Shown: one piece after another, positions 50,890 to 63,383 of the stretch
Numbering within the stretch: position 1 is the first letter of the stretch
How the letters are laid out: each line of letters begins with the position of its first letter
Notes under the pieces: generated by a model
Database searches by the model: none
What the model was told of the DNA's origin: nothing
Seen by the model: only the letters and a program-made list of their open reading frames with translations
Position numbers and translations under genes: made by a program
From: Trichosphaerium sp. ATCC 40318
Taxonomy: Eukaryota > Protista > Tubulinea
Direction: 5' to 3'
Length of the DNA stretch: 64,000 bases
Assembly (NCBI GenBank): GCA_038496445.1
Contig: JALMLS010000166.1
Coordinates: 1-64,000 of the forward strand

Positions 50890-51945
50890 TATTAGCGCTG
50901 TAGCTTGAGTTTGCTCTTTGATAACCTTGTTGAAAGCTTCAGCACTTTCAGTAAATTGAACACACAATGTGTCGTTGATTTGTTGGCGCTCAAGTTCACT
51001 TTGTATCTTCTGTTTATGTTCATCAGCATTTGCAAGACAAGCTTTCCATCTAACAGAAAGAGGTTATTAACAATGTAAACAAGAAAAAAAGTTGAAAAAA
51101 CGCACCTTTGTGAGAGCTTCAATGTCAGATTATTTGGCGACATCAGCGAGCTGAGCAGCAAGACCTTGAAGAGCTTCCAAGTTACCCTTTTGCTCAGGTA
51201 TTGAGTTTGAGAAAGTCCCAAAGTCAGCCTAAGAAAGAAGATATGTTACTACAAAGTATAGGGCTTATCAAGGTAAAAAAAAATAAGATGTGCCTTCAAC
51301 TTTCTGGCATCATCGACTGTGTCGACGTTAATACCTTCTGTCAAGACGTCTTCAGTATTTTCAAGCCTACACTGAACTTTTGACCCTAGGAATACCATTT
51401 ACACAAGAACGTTGGTACTGAAATACCATGTAACGAAAAAAATAATGGTTTTTTTGACGTTTTGTTGAAAAAAAAAACTTACCTTTGCAAGTACTCAATG
51501 TTCAATTACTCGTTCTTGGCATTGTGTTCCTTTCAGCCTTATGTTGTGCAGCACGCTCAATCATTGCTTATCATCAAAAGCACTGAGCAAGTTCTTTACT
51601 GAACTAGAACCATTTACTCGTCTTCTGCCAAATTTTGCATTAGCGTCTGCGCCGCCTTTAATTCACGTAGTATCGTAAGTGTCAAATGGCAAAGGTATTT
51701 TGACTTGATTGAGTTAAGTGATAGCGTAGAGTGCTTATTAGAGAAGATGCCCATTGACTCCATCTCAGATGTCAAGGCAGCAAGTTCATCAACCTCGGTT
51801 TGGATCTCAGCGCCATCTTTGTATACCTCCTGAAGCGAATATTAGAGAGGTACGATGCCAACAAACAAGAAACAAAAGGGGTTTTTTCGAAACAAGGACA
51901 TACGTTGCCAGCAGCAATACGCTCACCAGGTTCACCATCACACTA
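50890..51945 (-). pseudogene. Degenerate spectrin-repeat/alpha-actinin-like fragment
   Basis: KIQSELERQQINDTLCVQFTESAEAF and EQKGNLEALQGLAAQL helical segments, with in-frame stops. Confidence 0.4.
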
Positions 51946-52719
51946 CACAGGATTAAATATTTTGGTAAATATTTAAAATAAATAGCCATGCAAGAATTTT
52001 TATGCGAGGCAAATAGTAACTACTAAAAAATAAATAAAAAAGCACGTGTGTTTACTTTTTGTGGATACATCTCTAGTGTTTTAAATAATCACGTGATTTA
52101 AATCCAAATAACTCCAAAACAAAAATCAAAAAAATACTTTTTTACTAACAGTGGAAACAAGTACCTTGCACGCTATTGTAATGATAGCGCTCATAGTCTT
52201 TGGCCATTTCACACTATCAAAATATAGTATTCTACATTTTTAGCTTCTGGATAAGCGGCTGCAATCAATTTAGGAGCATCTACCCTCCGTAAGCGTTACA
52301 TTTTTGAAATAGAAAAAAAATCTGAAGCTTGCTGCAAAATATACAAACACTTCCTACTGTACCAATGATCTTTAATGTAACGTCAAGGCCGCTTAGTTTT
52401 TCAATAACATTTCTTTCAACCTTTACTAACCGAATATCACACTGTATGATATTATCAGCCATAAGCTTAGCGTCCAAAGACTCGATAGTGTTACCAGCAG
52501 TCTTAACAGGCGCTGATTTCTCCCAAAAAAAAATAATATTTGCTTGTTCGCAAGCTTTGTTTCAAACCTGTTGGTTCTTTTGCCAGGAGCTAGTTGATGT
52601 ATTTTGGCCTACATATGTTGCACCAGGATCACGGCTAAAGTTATTATGACGTCAACTTTATATATTGCTAAAAAATCACAAAAATATATTTCAGAAAAAA
52701 AAAAAAGTTCGTTATCGGT

Positions 52720-54487
52720 ACCTGACAATCAATAGCATAACCTTGTGTTCCGTTTTGAGGTGTAAAAGTACCACCAAAAGTGACATGGGCTCCTTGGAAC
52801 ACATACTTCATGCCCTCTGTACGAAGACGTTAAAACAAACATTGAACAACGTTTGTACTTGAACCAACTTAGTAAACCGGCTTGCATGTTTTTAACATCA
52901 GTCAATCCTTTGAGTAAGAACAGAGTCTCCACCACCAACATAGTAAGTCTCAAGTGTGTACTTGAGAGCAAAAAGAGCAGCATAAGCAGAAAAGTTGTTT
53001 CGTTTGATACGTTAGTTGCCTCATCAGGATCAGTTGGGAACATTTGTGTTCCTATGGGTAGGTAGTTAGTTTAAGATGATATGGATAGTTAATGTGTACC
53101 AAGTGGACAATGATATAGAGAACTAAGTTTTGTTGCAAGAGCCTTCATGGCTGGTAAGATACTCAAAGCGAGTTGGACTTCAGCTGGAGCTTTATCAAAT
53201 GTCTCAAACTTGGTAATATTCAAGCATTCTCTCAAATACATCACTTGAAGAGGTCCCAAAATAGCACTCCATACGTTTTCTCCAGTAATAGGTTTACTAA
53301 GAGAACATTAAAAAAAGAAAAATTCGTTTTGTTGTCGTAACAACTTAAATCCAATAAAGACGCAACCAGTCATTCCAATGAACCATACCGAAGATTCCAA
53401 GGTGTAGTGGTATCATTATTAGGTCCTGGTGGAGGAACTTTCCACATCCAACCTTTCTGCAGTGAGAAAAAGAAAAGTACAAAAAAATCACGTGTTTTTT
53501 AATACTTACCGTAGTCACCGCTTACTGGGTCGTGCATCGCCTATTTTGGACCTATCATACGATAAAAGTAACCACCGCCAACTTTTCTTTCTGCGACTTG
53601 GTCACAACATTCACCACAACACGTTGGATCTTGTAGTTTTACCTGTAATGAAAAAAAAAGGGTAAGGTGACAATTAGTGTTAACTTTACTATCAAAAAAA
53701 AAAGACTTGTGTAAAAACAAAAACTTACGTGTGACATGTTCCCTGGTAGTTTTACTGATGCCAAGGCGCCCCCAGATATTTTACTTGCACCATACTTATA
53801 CCTATAAAAGAGAAAAAAGGGTAAGTCTTTGCCACCCTTTTTTCTTCAAAAACGGACAAAATGCTACCTGAGGCAATGGCTCTAATTTGAATTAATCCAC
53901 CAGCTTGTGCGTTAGCACCTGTAGTAGATTGATAAAGGCTGGAGCGAAGGTAAAGCTCAACCTATTTTTGTCAACCAACTTTTTTGGGCAATTGTTAAAA
54001 ATACGAACCAATCCTGCGTATCCTTCAAGAGCAAGGGCTACACTCCATACACCACCATCATATAAATTCAAACCGACGTTAGTCAATGTACGTTCTTGTT
54101 GAGCAATAGCAGAATCGAATGGTAGCATGTTACCGAAAGGATCAAAGGCACTATACGAAGTTAACTTCTGAAAATAATTGGACATTTCTTTAAACTATTG
54201 CAAAATGAAGTACTTCACTTTGTTTTTATTTTTATCTAGTAAAAATATATGCGCACCGGAAGCAAGGTATGTTGGAGAATACCAGAATGATCTACCAGTG
54301 CATGGTATCACGTCATTGTAACTCTTTGGCATGCCATCCTTAATAAAGGCAATGAGACATTGTATTATAATATCACATGAGCAATCATTAAATGCTTTGA
54401 CACTAGGCTCCATAATGTCCCTATTACGAAAGTTAGCGCCAATATTAAAGCGAGTAAACAACTAGGTACCAAGCATATTCCCACCAT
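52720..54487 (-). pseudogene. Disrupted multi-exon gene for a probable secreted enzyme-like protein
   Basis: Exons GLNLYDGGVWSVALAL, GYFYRMIGPK*AMHDP, KPITGENVWSAILGPLQ, VSNE/NNFSAYAAL, YAIDCQ. In-frame TAG at 53541-53543 and two apparent frameshifts. Confidence 0.5.
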
Positions 54488-55299
54488 GTTAAGCGTGTGA
54501 AAATTAGAAATTGACCACAAAGAACACCGAGACCACCCCACGCCTACAAGGGCGATCAATAAATCTCTACTTCTAAAAGTGCTGATATGTACCAAATAGC
54601 AGCAAATCGGGATGCCGTAGCACGCAATCTTTGATACTCTTCGTGCGTAGGTTTCAATTCCTCCTCAAGTTGCTTGTATCGTATTTTTTTGTCTGAGAGA
54701 AAAGTATACCTTGTGGATTTACAGTCATGTTGACCTATAACAAGCACGTGAGCATAGAGGAATATCAAAAGGAAAAAGCAAGAGAGGAGATGTTTTTATG
54801 AAAAGAACGTACGTATTTATCATTTGTCTCAAGCTCATAGTCGCAGGCCTGATACGTGTACAGGCATTGTGTACCTAGGATACGAATACTGTTAGTTTTA
54901 CAAATTTTAACTTGCTCATGCCAGTCATAGCGTTAAGAATTTTTTCTTGTTGTTTTAGGTACAACTGTACCGCGTATTGAGCTTTCTTCCGCTTAGCCAT
55001 TACCCTAAGATTGTTTAACGCGCATCTAAAATTTTTTTACACCAAATAGACAATTGTAAAACGCACTGTCTTTTTTGCGTAGTATTAAGGCGTTTGCGCA
55101 TAGCCATGCAACGAAGGGCCGCTTTTACTTTATTTGCTGGCAAAGATAAAATGCTGTTGATTTGGAGGAATACCGCTGTTGATCTGGAGAAATACCAAGC
55201 TCTCAGCTACTTCTAAAGCCAACTTGGGTTTTTCTAATAAGTTTTAACACAAACTACAACGACTGCATAGTCTCCAACCCAATAACAAACAGACATGCT

Positions 55300-58165
55300 T
55301 CAGCTTTAACAGGCAATATAGATTTGTCTCCTACCAAAGTTGGAGGTAAAATCAACTCGCCTTACAAGCCACCTACTAGAATGTCTCCTCCACCTTCTCC
55401 TATGAGGTATGATAGAGACTATAGAAAGGCTCTAAAGCATCCAATTGTTCGTACTGTTGCTGATAAGGTACGCATCAACAAAGGTTTTCTGCACTAAATA
55501 ATTATTTAGTTATCTGAAGCCATGGAAATTAGAGGTATGTTATTGAAAGACTTTGGAGATGCATATTTTGACTATGTTGTGGAAAACCACGAAATTATGG
55601 ACAATGTAGATTACGAGTTGTTGGTGAAAACCTTGTTCTCTCCGTGGGAAATACAGTACGTTCAATTTTTTTATTTATTTTTTTTTCTAATATTTTACTT
55701 AGTATGCTCAAATTTCTTTTGAGTTATCATCAATTGTATCCCCACCTGGATCAGCTAGGTCCTAAAACAGCTTCGTATATCAGATTTCTGATTCAAACGC
55801 ATCTTGGTGATTTACCATTCCGTTGGGTTACTCCACACAGTCCTGAATAATTATGTTGTAGGCAATCCTTTAACATGTAGTTCTGAAACGTACGAGCAAC
55901 TATATAATAAAATATTTGTCGTTCAATTGATATTGCTTTCTTAGCTCTTACAACTGATCACAACCTCATTTTGATTATCTTAATGTGTTAGTGAGCCTAC
56001 TTTGGATACCAAAGGAAGCATTAATGTTGTTTGAGCTTGCAAGTAATGGCTTTGGTTGTACTTTTTCTAATTTTATTTTTGACTATTGTACCACTTTTGT
56101 ATTACAACTTCTTCCTTAACCAGCTCTTACAACTGATCACAACCTCATTTTGATTATCTTAATGTGTTAGTGAGCTTACTTTGGATACCAAAGGAAGCAT
56201 TAACGTTGTTTGAGCTTGTAAGTAATGGTTTTGGTTGTATTTTTTCTACTTTTATTTTTGATTGTTCGTGTTTTTGTATTACAGCTTACTTTGCTCATTT
56301 TCTACTGATCACAACTGCATTTTGATTATCTTAATGTGTTAGTGAGCTTACTTTGGATACCAAAGAAAGCATTAACATCGATTTTGAGCTTAGTAGTTGT
56401 TTGTAATTTATTTTTTTACCTTACATAATTATTTCTATCTCTGTCTTGGTTTCTTATTGAATTGTAGTTCAAATCCATCGTCTAAAAAGAAGATAGATTA
56501 TAGAAAGTATGAACTGTTACATATTTTTGACGATAAAACAGATGAAGAGGTTGACACTTTTTTTGACTCTTTATCTGATGCTAATAAACGTCTGGTTCTT
56601 AGAAACTTGGTATCTACTTTGTTTTATATAATTAATAGCACCTTAATTATTATCTTGTAGAACAACCAATTACTTTGGAGAAAGCATCCGGTGGCTTGTC
56701 ATTTTTTTACAAAAAAACAAATAACGTATTTGGAGCGAAAATATAAATGGTTATATTGGTACCTAGTTTTGTCTTAATGGGTTGTTTTTCCTTGCCATAA
56801 TAGTAATATTTAGCAACTTATATGCCAATGATGCTGATTATAAGACAAGGAAAACTAAAAGTGCTAAAACTGGAAAACGTGACTTTTTGCGTTGGGTACA
56901 CGGATTTTAATGTTATTTCTACATTCCAATTATATTTTTTAGGCACATTTGCAGATGGCCGTTTATTTACGTCGTAACATGTCATTGACATATCCTCCTG
57001 AAACTTCTTTGATTGACCAAAACCCCAGAGGCGATAAAATAGCTGATGCTGTAATGTTCGACAAACATTATCCCATTTGTACATATGGATATGGCGATTA
57101 CAAGGCATATAAGTACTAACAAGTTAAAATGTGTCAAAATGTGTCAAACTAATTTGAGTTTAGAAATTCTACGTTGCAAATAATTTCAGTTGGATACAAT
57201 GGGTCTTTTAGAGACAATATCTTATGTAGTGATGATGATTTATTTATGGACGGCGTTGTATCTGTTGAGGAGTCAAAACACATGATTAATTTGGCACATA
57301 ATTATTTTAAACCAGTACGCACTATTATCGTACGTTGCGTTATCATTCACTATTATTTAGATGTTGAGCTTGGTAGCCGAACATCCAGAAAAAACCTTTA
57401 AAAAACTTTGGCACGATTTGTTTGGCCATTATTACTATAGCAAGGTTAGTTTAGTGTTAGATAGTCTAAATTGCAGCTATTACGGAAAAGTCGGAATGAA
57501 ACATACGTGTTTACATGTAGATCTACTTTGTTCTTATGCAACTGCACCACATTGGGGTGGAGGAGGATTTGGTAGCAAGAATACTCCAGCTGCAAAGGCT
57601 GCCAAAAAAATGTTTACTCCAGAAATATTAGCATTAAAGAAAAAATGGAAAAGTACGTCCAAAAATGAGGTTTGTACATTTTAATAAGGTTAGTTACATC
57701 CAAAAAATACACTGCTGAACGATTTTCTTTGTTGGGCCGTCATAGAATAATTGAATTGGAGCCTCATGTTATGATTTGTAACTTGGATAGCGCATATTTT
57801 GTACACTTGCCAGGCCAACACGAAGATTATCCGTGGACAATATTCAAAAGAGTACTTAGTTTCCGTATTGTTATTGTTAAACGTTCTACTCACTATTTGT
57901 AGATTCAAAAACAAAAAGCGGCTATAGACATACATTGGTGCGTAATCCATTGGCCTAAATTGTGTAATGGACAAACTCACTACTGTATTGTGTTTGCTAC
58001 ACCTCCTGTTCAAAATCCTTTTGGTCTTTTACAAGAAATTGAAATTGTAGCATTGGGCGTAGAACTTAGGAAAAAAGTGGATGAAGTCATGGCACAGTTG
58101 TATCCCAATGTGCGTTCACATATTTAATATGGCTTAAATTAATATTTTTAGACTAAATATTAATC
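55300..58165 (+). CDS. Hypothetical multi-exon protein upstream of the transposase; ends approximate
   Basis: Chain of open exons bounded by GT/AG (ORFs 55522, 56397, 57174, 57361, 57672). No family recognised. Confidence 0.45.
55943..56395. repeat. ~180-bp tandem repeat, about 2.5 copies
   Basis: ACTGATCACAAC..TTTTGATTATCTTAATGTGTTAGTGAGC.TACTTTGGATACCAAAG occurs three times. Confidence 0.9.
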
Positions 58166-58256
58166 TTGGTAAAAAAAGCTCACAAAGACTGTTAACGACT
58201 TAAATAATAAATTCTTGTTGTATCTAAATTACATTACACGTTATGTATTAATTCTT

Positions 58257-61200
58257 ATGGCAAAAAAAGGTTATGTAACCAATGGACCCAACTCACACAG
58301 TGATACAGACACTACAACATTGTTTTGGCGTGATTTGTTTGATCGTCCCATAACTTTTGCTCACGGCACACAATACGGTTGTCAATGGACAGTGAACAAA
58401 AGGAAACATATCAACAAAAAGTACGTACCAAATCCACCTACATTTTGTAGCATTGTAGCTTGTAGCGTTGTAGCGCACTGTTAGTAATTAGTGCAAATAG
58501 AAATACCAAAGGTGGCCAGACAAAAATTGATGCCAACAACAAAAATGTCAACAACAATGACGTCAATGACATCAACAACAATGATATAGCAACTAGAGTG
58601 TATTGTAAATGTACGATAGTTTCTAACTGCTCCGGTACGTTTGTTTTGTTGTATAATACGATAACTGTTGTTGATATTCATTACAGCTAAAGTGAACTTT
58701 GCGATTGATGCACGTGGAACAATAGTTTCAATTCGCAACACAGAAAAACACGCTCCAAATTGTTTACCTCAAAACAGCATTGATTTTAGACTTAGCGAGT
58801 CCACAAAACGCAAAGTACAAGATTACCTTTTAAGTGGTAAAACTCCTGAATTAGTGGTGCGTTCAAATGTGGTTGGTCATGCTACAATAAATTAAAATCT
58901 ATTTGTATAACTAAACTTTTTGTTTGTTAGGCGTTAAACATGGTTAAAAATAGTGACAAAACGCTTTTAACTTTGGCAAATAGTTCTATTACACCTAGAG
59001 TAGACCAAATTCGAGCTGTGGCGCGCAAACTTAAAAAAGAGTCCCCATACAGCGACTTGGGAGTGCTTAGTACAATCAGAGCAAAATATCCCGAAATCAA
59101 CATTTGTTTGAAGCCGTTTGTGATTTCTAAATTTAATGAAGAGGTTTTGACAAATAAAAACAAAAAATACTTGCTACGTAAAACATTATTTCTTGACGGA
59201 GTACACAACATGGCAGACTTTAAAGAACACGTACGTAACAATATTTCTAAACCCAATTTAGTACGTTGTTTAACTTTTTATTAAGTTGTTGTTCTTTTGG
59301 AGTATATGTGACAAAGACACTGTTAAAGTGGGCTATGCATTGATGTTAGGGAAAACATTGGAGGAGTACAGATATGCATGCGTTGCGTTGGTCAACAAAA
59401 ATTTCAAAAAATTCAACAGAATTGTTGTGGATTGTGAATTGAATTTAAGGTACCATTGGATATTAAATCTGTTGACACATACTAATTTGTATTTACTTTA
59501 CAGATATGCCCTATTAGAGCTATTTTCAGATATACAAGTCACTTTATGCAAGTTTCACGTTGCTAAAGCACACAAAGAAAAACGAAAGAAATTAAAATTG
59601 TCAACATCTGATATGCTTTGGTGTCGTAATTTTAGCATGTTGCTTTTAGACGCTCAAAGCAGAGAGTTATTTGTTGAAATATGGAACCTTGCAAAACAAG
59701 AGGTACACAGATGTACTCAAATTAGTGCTGACATTTTTTAGGTATCCGAATTGAAAAAAAAAAAAAAAAATTGGCAAAAAAAGGCCACTTATATGGCATA
59801 CTTGTATAAAACTTGGGTTTCAAAAAAGGCTACACACCCTCCTGAACTTTGGTCTGCTTACAGTGTAATTGATGACGAAGAATACATGGAAAACAGAACT
59901 AATAATAGATCTGAAGGCAACAATAAAAGATTTAAAGATAGTTGTGCTGGAGTACGTGCTATGCATTTAATATTTTCTAACCAGCTTTTTTAAAGACAGG
60001 AATACAGTGTAGAACGGATAAGCTGGTCGAATTATTAGAAGAGTTTCAATTTTACAACGTTTTTAAAGCTATACAATGTACGTGCTGAATATTTGTGTTC
60101 ATTTCTAATAATATTTCTAGCTAATAGAAGCACAACACACCACGATTACCACAACCAATCGCGACTACTTGTTAGAGTAGGTAAAGAACAAGACGCTCAA
60201 AAACTGCTAGATCACTGGCGTCAAAATTATGAAAACAAATGCAAAACTTCAAATGTTCCTGTGTATAAAAACCGTCCAGTGTTGGCAACGGAAAACAATG
60301 ACTTACACAATGTTGCTGTTAATTACAATGATGAAAAAGAAGGTGAGAATAAAACCAACGATAGAGATGCTTTACAAGTTTCAGATAATGGAGCAGACTC
60401 AAACGAATGTGATACGTATGTACCTTTCTTTTTTTTTCCCCCCCAATTCTTTGTTAGCTCTGCAGATTCCATTGACGTAAGTGACGGTATGCCTTTACCT
60501 ACAACAAAGTATTTGATGAATGTGGTCCAAAACATAGAATTAAAAAAAAGGCTTGCAAACGATGGCAATTTTGGTGATACGTAAGTACAAACATTTTCTA
60601 TATTGTAAATCTTACAATAATAATAGTGCTTTTGAACGATTGAAGTCTCCTACTCCTATAAAACAATCCAAAAGCCTACAAGTGTTTACATCACCTACTC
60701 GTTCTCTTGAAAATAATAGCTCTATCAATACTTCTGAGAATACTTGTGAGAATACTTCTGAAGGTTTTATATATCCTGAAGAGTTGAGTATGCCAAAATT
60801 GGATTTCTGGGACCAATATGTGTTTGATCTTTGTCGGTAAATATTTAATTATAGTTCTTTGTGATTTATTAAGTTTAGAAATCAAACGGCAAAGGTATGG
60901 CATGGGTTTTTAGTGTCTACATATCCTTGGTATAAAAACTTGCTACAAAAAAGAAAAGAATTTAGAGAAAGAGGAACATATACGATGGACAAACCACAAA
61001 CCAATTTGAATGAATTGTTCAACGACAATAATGTTGCCAACAAAGCAATAGATGACAATACTACTAATGTAATAGATGATGCTAAAATTTACAGTGTTAA
61101 CAACGTTGACGATACGAGGTACTGTATTTTTATTTTTTTTGTGACAATGTAATTGATTCTAACAAAGTTGCTTTAAGTTGTGATACAAAGTTTGATGACG

Positions 61201-63034
61201 ATCATGTTGCCAAAATTGCCAGAGACTTAGCTGAGGTGGATAATTTGATGGACGTTGATAATGAAGTTTCTATCGATGCAACGCCTTTCATGCATTCAAC
61301 TCCTGCTTCTTTTCAAAGACGCCACCAAGATATTAATAAGTCCAACACAAAGCCAAAAACAACACGAAAGCCAATATTAATAGATCTCACCTCAGATAGT
61401 TCACCAAACAACTTTCCAATACAACGAACACCACATGTTTTAAGGCAAAACATGCCAGGACAAGGTAACATTCCCAAGGCATTAGCTGAGGTGCGTTAAC
61501 AATCAACTACTATGATTTTGTTAAGACGAATTTAGGATAAAAAAAGAATAAGAAGAGAAGCAAAACTACAACGTGCTGGCAAAAAACTACAACCAAAGAA
61601 ACGTGCCAGCAAAAAACTACAACCAAAGAAACGTGTAAAAGTAATCAAGCCAAAAAAACAAAAATCAACCATTCAAAGGTACTAACAATATCCACTGATT
61701 GTTTAATGACTTTGTTAGTCCAATTTCTTCTCGATTAAAGCCACGTAAAGCTACTAAAATGAACACTAAAAAGATTGCGAAGCAAGCAGTAGAGTTTGAC
61801 AGTGATGCCGTTGTAGCAGTTGGTGCTACAGGGCTGAAACTAAACAAGGCTTTGCCTTAAATATGAAGGCATTTTTTTAAAATCAGGCATTGATGGCAAA
61901 AATCAGGCATACAAAAATGGCAATGCCTGATTTTGCAAAGGCAATGGCAACAAAGGCAAAAATCAGGCATTGAAATAAGGCTTTGTTGGGCAATGCCTTA
62001 ATTGTTGCAATGCCTTGTTTTTTTTAGGCAATGCCTGCCCTAGTTTTTTTATGCATTGCCAGCCTTAAATTTACAGGCACCAATTAGGCAATGGTTGTGT
62101 ACACATTGTACATTAAGGATACATTGGTTTAAGGTAAGTCTCCACCACACCAACACTTTCTAAACATTTTTTTTTATTTACTACTGACGTTTTATATAGA
62201 CGATGTCACCACGCGCTTAGTATTTTATGGATTCTAACGAAACCACCGCCATTCGAACCGCAGCACCCAAATCCACCTACAACAGTAGTACAGGTACGTT
62301 AAACCATTTTTCCAGTCCGCGAAAATTATACCAATAATTTGTTAATTTTTTTTTTAAGCTAAAGGTTTTTTTTCACATGGAGGACATTGCAGTTTTTTGT
62401 GTTTTGTGTACTGTACTTTAATAAATGAATCACTATTGTATGCCTATATAAAGCCTTGTTTTATGAGTATATGGTGCCTGGGTTATGCCCAAAAATTGAG
62501 GGCAAAAATGCCTTATTGTTGCACAAAAAATGAGGCATTATTGGACCAACAATGCAGGCTATTTTAAGGCTAATTAGTGAACCAGTTGCTTGCTATTTGG
62601 CCCAAATATGAGGCTCCAAAGCCCAAAATTACAAGGCAATGCCTCATATTTGCTCATTTTTTTTGGCAAAAACAAGGCAATTTGGTGAAAAATAAGGCTG
62701 TATTTGGTGGCAAAAAAATGGCTTTTGTAAAAAAAGCCTTATTTAGTTTCAGCCCTGTAGCACAGGAAATCCGTTAGTCAAAATCGGAGATACTGTATCT
62801 GTTTTTTGGACTGAAGCAGAAGACTGGTATCCAGGAACTGTTCTCAAGTATTCTAAAAGAAAGGATGAATATGAAATCGAGTACAATGACTCTAAAGACC
62901 ACCCTGAAGGAGGAGTTATTGAAAAGTTTGATGCTGACATATGGCATTTACTCGAACATAAAGACATTTGCAAATGTTATGGTTGCCAACTCGAAACAAT
63001 CAAACGTAGAAACAATAACAACCCCTTGGTATAA
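58257..63034 (+). mobile_element. Intron-containing Mutator (MULE) transposase gene with N-terminal Zn finger and probable C-terminal Tudor domain, interrupted by a MITE
   Basis: YCKCTIVSNCSAK..KHAPNC finger; LFLDGVH, IVVDCE, LCKFHV and RTNNRSEGNNKRFK (DDE plus CxxH). No element termini found. Confidence 0.8.
61829..62757. mobile_element. 929-bp MITE with 25-bp TIRs and TA target-site duplication
   Basis: TA|CAGGGCTGAAACTAAACAAGGCTTT ... AAAGCCTTATTTAGTTTCAGCCCTG|TA (one mismatch). Subterminal AGGCA/TGCCT motif arrays. Confidence 0.9.
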
Positions 63035-63050
63035 TTGTAATTCTGTATCA

Positions 63051-63383
63051 TTAAATAAGATATTTATAGCCTGGACTACAAATTCGTAAAAGTCGAAAAA
63101 AATCGGAAAATTCTGAAACTTGGACAAGAATATAATCGTAAAATTCTGAGATTACTATGCCTCCCGCTCCATCAGCCATGAATTTTCTAAACGTTCCGTG
63201 TTTGTCCATATTTGCGTTAAATCTGCTCGTTTCTGCCGCTTGAAAACAAAGAAGAGGCCAATTGATAAAAGCGTGATAATCTGTGTTTAAAATCATATGT
63301 TGGATCTCTAGTGGTAAACAAAGCAATGTTGAGTCTTGTTTGCGTTCGTTTAAGGAAGATTCACTTGTATTACTATCGCTCAT
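63051..63383 (-). CDS. Short protein with F-box-like N-terminal motif
   Basis: LLCLPLEIQHMIL motif in a 110-aa ORF. Confidence 0.45.
   Translation of the reverse strand: MSDSNTSESSLNERKQDSTLLCLPLEIQHMILNTDYHAFINWPLLCFQAAETSRFNANMDKHGTFRKFMADGAGGIVISEFYDYILVQVSEFSDFFRLLRICSPGYKYLI

Noticed and set aside
51490-51620. Further in-frame TGA codons as Sec
   Set aside because: They come with TAA stops and frameshifts, lack a Cys-motif context, and I saw no SECIS.
53541-53543. UAG read-through or pyrrolysine
   Set aside because: The same gene has frameshifts and is truncated, so decay or sequence error is simpler.
61560-61640. 30-bp tandem repeat
   Set aside because: Encodes a simple basic KKLQPKKR linker within the transposase gene.
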